From: Thermoplasmatota archaeon
GTDB taxonomy: Archaea > Thermoplasmatota > Penumbrarchaeia > Penumbrarchaeales > Penumbrarchaeaceae
Reading direction: 5' to 3'
Length of the DNA: 10,236 nt
Assembly: GCA_965234725.1 (NCBI GenBank)
Contig: CBDDUX010000091.1
Span: forward strand, 1-10,236
The translations under genes and the position numbers were made by a program. Positions 1-4,500 of this stretch are shown in pieces. Each line of letters starts with the position of its first letter. Positions within the stretch are counted from its first letter, which is position 1. The notes under the pieces were generated by a model. The model was not told the DNA's origin, did not search any database, and saw only the letters and a list, made by a program, of their open reading frames with translations.

Positions 1-261
1 AGAGAAATGAATTATTTCGTGGAGAACAAGGAGAGGATGAGATATGATGTGTTCATGAACAAGAATCTCCCAATTGGAAGTGGTGCAATGGAAAGTGGGA
101 TAAGACAGGTTGTGAATATGCGATTGAAAAGTGCTGGAATGTTCTGGAAGAAAGAAAATGCGGAGGGATTTCTTCATTTGAGATGTTATCTGAAATCAGG
201 TCGTTGGGATATCATTGAGAACGCTGTGATTAACTATTCACCGAAAACAGGGCGTGTGTAA
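1..261 (+). CDS. ISKra4/ISLre2-type (Mutator-like, IS256-related DDE) transposase, C-terminal part, 5'-truncated by the window edge
   Basis: The frame is open from base 1 (aga gaa atg...) to TAA at 259-261. The translation YFVENKERMRYDVFMNKNLPIGSGAMESGIRQVVNMRLKSAGMFWKKENAEGFLHLRCYLKSGRWD carries the Y-x-x-x-N...M-x-Y...LPIGSG-x-x-E-S...R-x-K-x-x-GM-x-W signature around the catalytic Glu of this family. Confidence 0.9.
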   Translation, partial: REMNYFVENKERMRYDVFMNKNLPIGSGAMESGIRQVVNMRLKSAGMFWKKENAEGFLHLRCYLKSGRWDIIENAVINYSPKTGRV

Positions 262-310
262 AATGGATCAAAATTACTTCGAAAATGACCTAGTTTTGGG
301 GAATGCACCC
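1..310 (+). mobile_element. Right portion of an ISKra4-like IS; probable right terminal inverted repeat ending at 310 (...TTTTGGGGAATGCACCC)
   Basis: About 50 bp after the transposase stop the sequence reads GGGAATGCACCC (reverse complement GGGTGCATTCCC), resembling the GGG-initiated termini I recall for ISKra4-type elements. Unrelated ISH3-like coding sequence begins directly after 310. The left end is outside the window, so the IR pairing cannot be confirmed. Confidence 0.65.
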
Positions 311-506
311 ATTCCATACTCAAGGCAGAATTACACCAAAACAGCTTTTATCCACCATTGTTGCAATGTCTGTCGAGCGGTTATCGATCCATTCGATCAA
401 CACGATATCGGATGATGTGTCCAGCCCAACAAACATCAAACATCATCTGGACAAGATCAGCATCGAAGAACTCGAAGACAAGAACGTGATACTTCTCCCT
501 GAATAG
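311..506 (+). pseudogene. ISH3-family transposase N-terminal fragment
   Basis: The translation FHTQGRITPKQLLSTIVAMSVERLSIHSINTISDDVSSPTNIKHHLDKISIEELEDKNVILL resembles the N-terminal region of Methanosarcina-type ISH3 transposases as I recall it (G-x-LT-x-x-x-L...I-x-MAV-x-x-x-SVHS...T-x-x-R/K-x-HL-x-KL-x-x-x-EL-x-x-x-N-x-x-IL). No DDE core follows. The ORF-track ATG at 303 lies inside the putative IS terminus. Confidence 0.65.
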
Positions 507-796
507 AATGGATTATCCCTCCTACAAACAATCCACCTGAAGACCCGGTTGAACCTAAGAAACCTAAAAGAAGAATACCTGATAGATTGGAACCAGATCA
601 ATCCCATAGAACCGGAGATGTAACCTTCCTCTGGAACCTGGCAAAGGATCTCGATTTTGCTAACGTAATCGATAACATATGATGTGAAGAAAAAAATATT
701 GATGGGTTATCGCCTGGAAAACTGATAACGGGTTGGGCGATAAACCGTGTTCTGGACCCTACAAGCGCAACAAAATTGGAGCGGTGGATCACAACA
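503..796 (+). pseudogene. IS1634-family transposase N-terminal fragment with an internal stop
   Basis: Frame +2, not in the ORF track: IEWIIPPTNNPPEDPVEPKKPKRRIPDRLEPDQSHRTGDVTFLWNLAKDLDFANVIDNI*CEEKNIDGLSPGKLITGWAINRVLDPTSATKLERWITT. The GD-x-x-x-LW...L-x-x-x-x-x-ID...G-x-S-x-G...AINR-x-x-DP-x-S-x-x-x-L-x-x-W pattern is typical of IS1634 N-termini. In-frame TGA at 680-682. Confidence 0.75.
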
Positions 797-1062
797 ATGG
801 AAAAAATTACACTATTTTTGGACTGTATATCAACCGTTCGGCCATGAACAACACAAGTCTCTTTGGATACATCGGTTACGGAGCTTCGGTGAAAAATGTT
901 CACCTCTCGGATTGTCATATCATCAGAAAGCAGTTTGTCGGAGGGATAGTTGGATACAACTGTAAAGGAACGCTGTCGAACTGTATGGTTACGGGAGAAT
1001 TAAGAGGAGGAATATTCGTCGGTGGGCTCGTGGGATGGAATTAAGGCTTTGTATCATATTCT
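796..1062 (+). pseudogene. GLUG-motif (beta-helical surface protein) fragment
   Basis: The translation NGKNYTIFGLYINRSAMNNTSLFGYIGYGASVKNVHLSDCHIIRKQFVGGIVGYNCKGTLSNCMVTGELRGGIFVGGLVGWN*GFVSYS contains the G-x-x-x-TI-x-GLYINR...LFGY lead-in and two VGG(I/L)VG-x-N repeats. There is no signal peptide or true start. TAA at 1042-1044 falls inside the repeat, which seems to continue as GFVSYS. The first ~21 codons of the ORF-track call 733..1044 are out-of-frame IS1634 DNA. Confidence 0.8.
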
Positions 1063-1099
1063 ACATACGACTTAGAAGATGCCTTAAAGGGCGGTTTTA

Positions 1100-1342
1100 T
1101 TAAACTAATGGATATGTTTTATCCAGAAGATCCAAATATTTTTGATTCATGATCAGAGCGGGATAGAAGAAAAGACATCTAGAACAAAGAGGGAGTGGAT
1201 GACCTCTCATCCAAATGGACCTCTCAGGATCGCCGTGGCAGATCCTTTGAAGTGGCAATGGTCTGTCATCGATGATCCTCAGACCAATATCCTCAACTCT
1301 CATCATGGATCTGTGTATGGACCTTTCCTGATCATCCTTCAC
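1100..1342 (-). pseudogene. DUF2085-like membrane protein, C-terminally truncated
   Basis: The motif ICHGDPERSIWMRGHPLPLCSRCLFFYPAL matches the DUF2085 signature CH-x-x-PERS...G-x-x-x-P-x-C-x-RC-x-x-x-Y. The hydrophobic segments that normally follow are replaced by a short polar tail NQKYLDLLDKTYPLV*. The GTG start at 1342 is preceded by a purine-rich GGATGGGG on the minus strand. Confidence 0.7.
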
Positions 1343-1404
1343 AATACCCCATCCACTTCTGGATTGATAATCCCATTCCCCCTCGATTGGATTCGCATGT
1401 GACC

Positions 1405-1440
1405 CAAAATATAGTTATAAGGAATAAAGGTTGAATTTTC
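1405..1440. promoter_or_regulatory. AT-rich divergent intergenic tract with a TATA-like element (AAAATATAGTTATAAGGAATAAAGG)
   Basis: It lies between divergently oriented genes (minus-strand 1342 start and plus-strand 1522 start). TTATAA at 1417-1422 is palindromic and could serve as an archaeal TATA box in either direction. Position-based inference only. Confidence 0.4.
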
Positions 1441-1509
1441 CTGGGTACTCTAAGCCAGGTTCCTTTTGTGAGGATCCCCTTGAACGAGAGGAATTGGAGA
1501 CCCCAACAG

Positions 1510-1515
1510 GGAGGT
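1510..1515 (+). promoter_or_regulatory. Shine-Dalgarno GGAGGT for ATG 1522
   Basis: GGAGGT lies 6 nt upstream of an in-frame ATG at 1522, which is followed directly by a signal-peptide-like sequence. This favours 1522 over the ORF-track GTG at 1468. Confidence 0.8.
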
Positions 1516-1521
1516 AGAGAT

Positions 1522-4500
1522 ATGTACCGTATAGCATCCTTTTTCAGGATTCTGCCTGCAATATTATTGATCACGATAACGTTTTTCAGCATGTTTATTC
1601 CCGGGACCGGTGTCATTGATGCATTGACCCCTGAAGAGCTGGAAGGCTGGGCGCTGATCGGCAGGGATGAGTTCATGACCATAACCGGACAGACCGGTTC
1701 AACCGGGTTCGGTTCCGTTGTCGAAATGGGCGACATGGACGGCGATGGAAGAGATGATATTGTAGTTGGAGTACCAACATATAGCGGTAATGGTGGTACG
1801 GGAGCTGTCCTAATCTATTTCGCCAGGGACCTTGACGATATCTCACCGCTCAGGGCTCTCGAGGATGCGGATGTGATAATATTCGGAGAGGACCCCGGAG
1901 ACCGTTTCGGTCAAAACCTGGCCATAGGGGATATGAACGGTGACGGAAGGAATGAACTCATGATATCTGCCACCCAGGCATTCGGATGGAAGGATAATAG
2001 AAGGATGTCAGGCGAGGTCTATATCCTTTCAGGAAGGGAAAGGTCTGAGTTTCCCTCAAAATTATGGATCGAGAAGACCCCATTATATGGACATATCTAT
2101 GGAAGGGATCCCATGGACATGGCCGGCATAAGGATGGTGGTCGGTGACCTTACAGGAGATGGTCTGGATGAACTGGTAATCGGAACCAATGGTGCTGGAG
2201 GATTCGGAGGACATCCTGGACCACCTCCTTACCATGCTGATTCGGAGAACAATGCTCCAAATTCCTGGGAAATTGAGGTGATCCAGGGGAAGAACCTACC
2301 TATCGGTAACATCGTCCTTGACCTTGACCAGAAGATGGTCAGATACTTCTCATCCTGGAACTCCACATTGACCCCGACAGATACCCATGCAAAATCCATC
2401 GGGAGGGGGGTGGAGATCACAGACTTCAATGGTGATGGTACAGGGGATCTGATATTCTCCTGGAGCAGGTGGGTGGGGGGTAAGTCCGTCGAAGAGCTGG
2501 TGTCCACTCAGATAGAAGTGATAACAGGAGGTTCCGGATTCCCACATGTTCCCATCAATACAACGATCGACATTATCATACCATCATTCTCTCCCGATCT
2601 GACAATTCAACTGAACAAAACGATGATAGAACCCCCGTTCTTGAAAGGAGGGGACCTGGACGGAGATCAGTACAATGATATTGTTATCGGATCCCCGGAA
2701 GGTCTGGATATATTCGAAAGAATGCCCAATGCAGGTAGGACGTATATTCTTCAGGGATTCAATTACTCGGAGGGACAGACCATTTTTTCGGATAGTTTCG
2801 CTTCCACAATATACGGTTATGATTCCTCGGATCTGCTTGGATCTAGCCTGATCTGTTCCGATCTGGACAATGACGGCTACGATGAATTGATAATCGGAGC
2901 TCCCGGGGCGGATGGAGAAAAGAACCTCCTTCCTGATTGCGGAGAGGGGTATGTGTTCGATCTTGACGGGACTTTCACAACGGACCTGGAGATCTCCGAT
3001 TCCGATGAGAAGTTCATGGGTCCGTTGGAATGTATCGGCTCATTCACAACAATCACCTCCGGGGACATCAATGAGGACGGCTACCAAGACCTGCTTGTTT
3101 CCTCTCCGCACTTCCTTTCAGAGGATGGAGATGCTGAACTGGGTTTACTGTCACTTTTCATGGTAAAGTCTGATTTCGAGGCCAAGATCTACGGCGGAAC
3201 CGATTCAAGCGATTTGGGTAGGGCCACGGTCATTGATGATTTCGATAAGGATGGATACATGGACCTTGCTATCGGTGACCCGGGGGCATTCGAATCCCAG
3301 GATGGGGGTGTATTCCTTTTCTTCGGAGGACCAACAGGTTGGAAACCGATCCTCAACCTTGATTTCGATGCGGATATCATCTACAAGGTTGACCTTGAAG
3401 GCAACAAGGACCACATGGGATCCTCCCTGACATCCGGAGACCTTAACGACGATACCTACCCTGACCTTATTGTTGGATCACCTTGGATGAACAATTGCGG
3501 AGGCTTAAATATATTCTGGGGAGGAAACAGGACCTATATGGAGGAGAAGAACGGAAAGAGGGTCTTTGGGCAATCCGCCCAGATGTTCGGGTCTGCTGTT
3601 TCGGTGGGAGATTTCAACGGTGATGATGTGGATGATCTTGCGGTTTCAGCGGTGGGAACCTTGGCAACACAATCCCTTGGTCGCTACCATGCAGGGAACG
3701 TTTACATTTTATTCGGACCTCTAACTTCCGGGGATGTAAGTGTCTATACAGCAGATGTTGTGATCACTGGATCGATACCAAATGAACAGATCGGGAAAAG
3801 CCTCGCTTCCGGAGATATCGACAATGACGGTAGAGATGAACTCGTGATAGGAGCTCCACTCTCCGATCTGGGTTCTATCACCGATCAGGGTGTGGTATAC
3901 ATTTTAACCGGAAGGGATGTCTGGAATCCGGACTATGATCTTTTAACGGATGTCATCCTGAGGATATTCGGTCCATGGCCTTATGATCAGGTGGGAGAAT
4001 CCTTAGCACTCGGAGACCTTGATGGAGATGATCTGGACGAGGTGTTGATCGGTTCCACCAGCGGCGATGGTTACCAGAGGACCACCAAAGAAGCAGGTAA
4101 TGTTTACATCATGATGGGAGATTATCTCAATACGGCCCTTGGAGGATTGAACATGAGCCTCAGGGACCAGTTCAACATGTCCATCTTCGGTGAGACCGAA
4201 AGGGAGAGGCTGGGCACTTCCTTGAGTGTGGGGGACTTGGATGGTGATGGTAAGAATGATGTTGCCATCGGAGCAAAGGGTTGGACAGATCCAGTATCGG
4301 GCATTGTATCAGGAGCTGTAAAGATACTTCCGTCAAGGATGATAAGGGATGGTGGAGAGCTTAACTCCTCCTCATTGCCCCTCATTTCATCAAAGAAAGG
4401 GGAGGACCTTTTCGGGACATCTATCGCCGTGGGAGACCTGTCCAACGATGGTAACGATGACCTTCTGGTCGGAGCCCCGGGATATGACCCTTACGGAACG

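Noticed and set aside
303..506. 67-aa ORF as an independent small gene
   Set aside because: Its ATG lies within the putative IS terminus and the body is an ISH3-like fragment.
680..682. In-frame TGA (and TAA at 1042) as recoding or an alternative genetic code
   Set aside because: Both large genes read cleanly in the standard code and gene 1 ends with TGA; the stops lie in fragmentary pseudogenes.
1042..1105. GGCTTTGT at 1045 and GGGCGGTTTTATTAAA as possible IS ends, or GCC-TTAAAG-GGC as a terminator hairpin
   Set aside because: No partner inverted repeat was found, the stem is only ~3 bp, and GGCTTTGTA also reads as a continuation of the GLUG repeat.
1468..1521. GTG 1468 as the start of the giant ORF
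   Set aside because: ATG 1522 has a GGAGGT SD and places the signal peptide at the N-terminus. The extra 18 residues are polar and include the SD itself.
598..1736. ORF-track calls 598..918(-), 747..965(+), 1142..1402(+), 1332..1736(-)
   Set aside because: They overlap better-supported fragments or genes in other frames and show no recognisable motifs.
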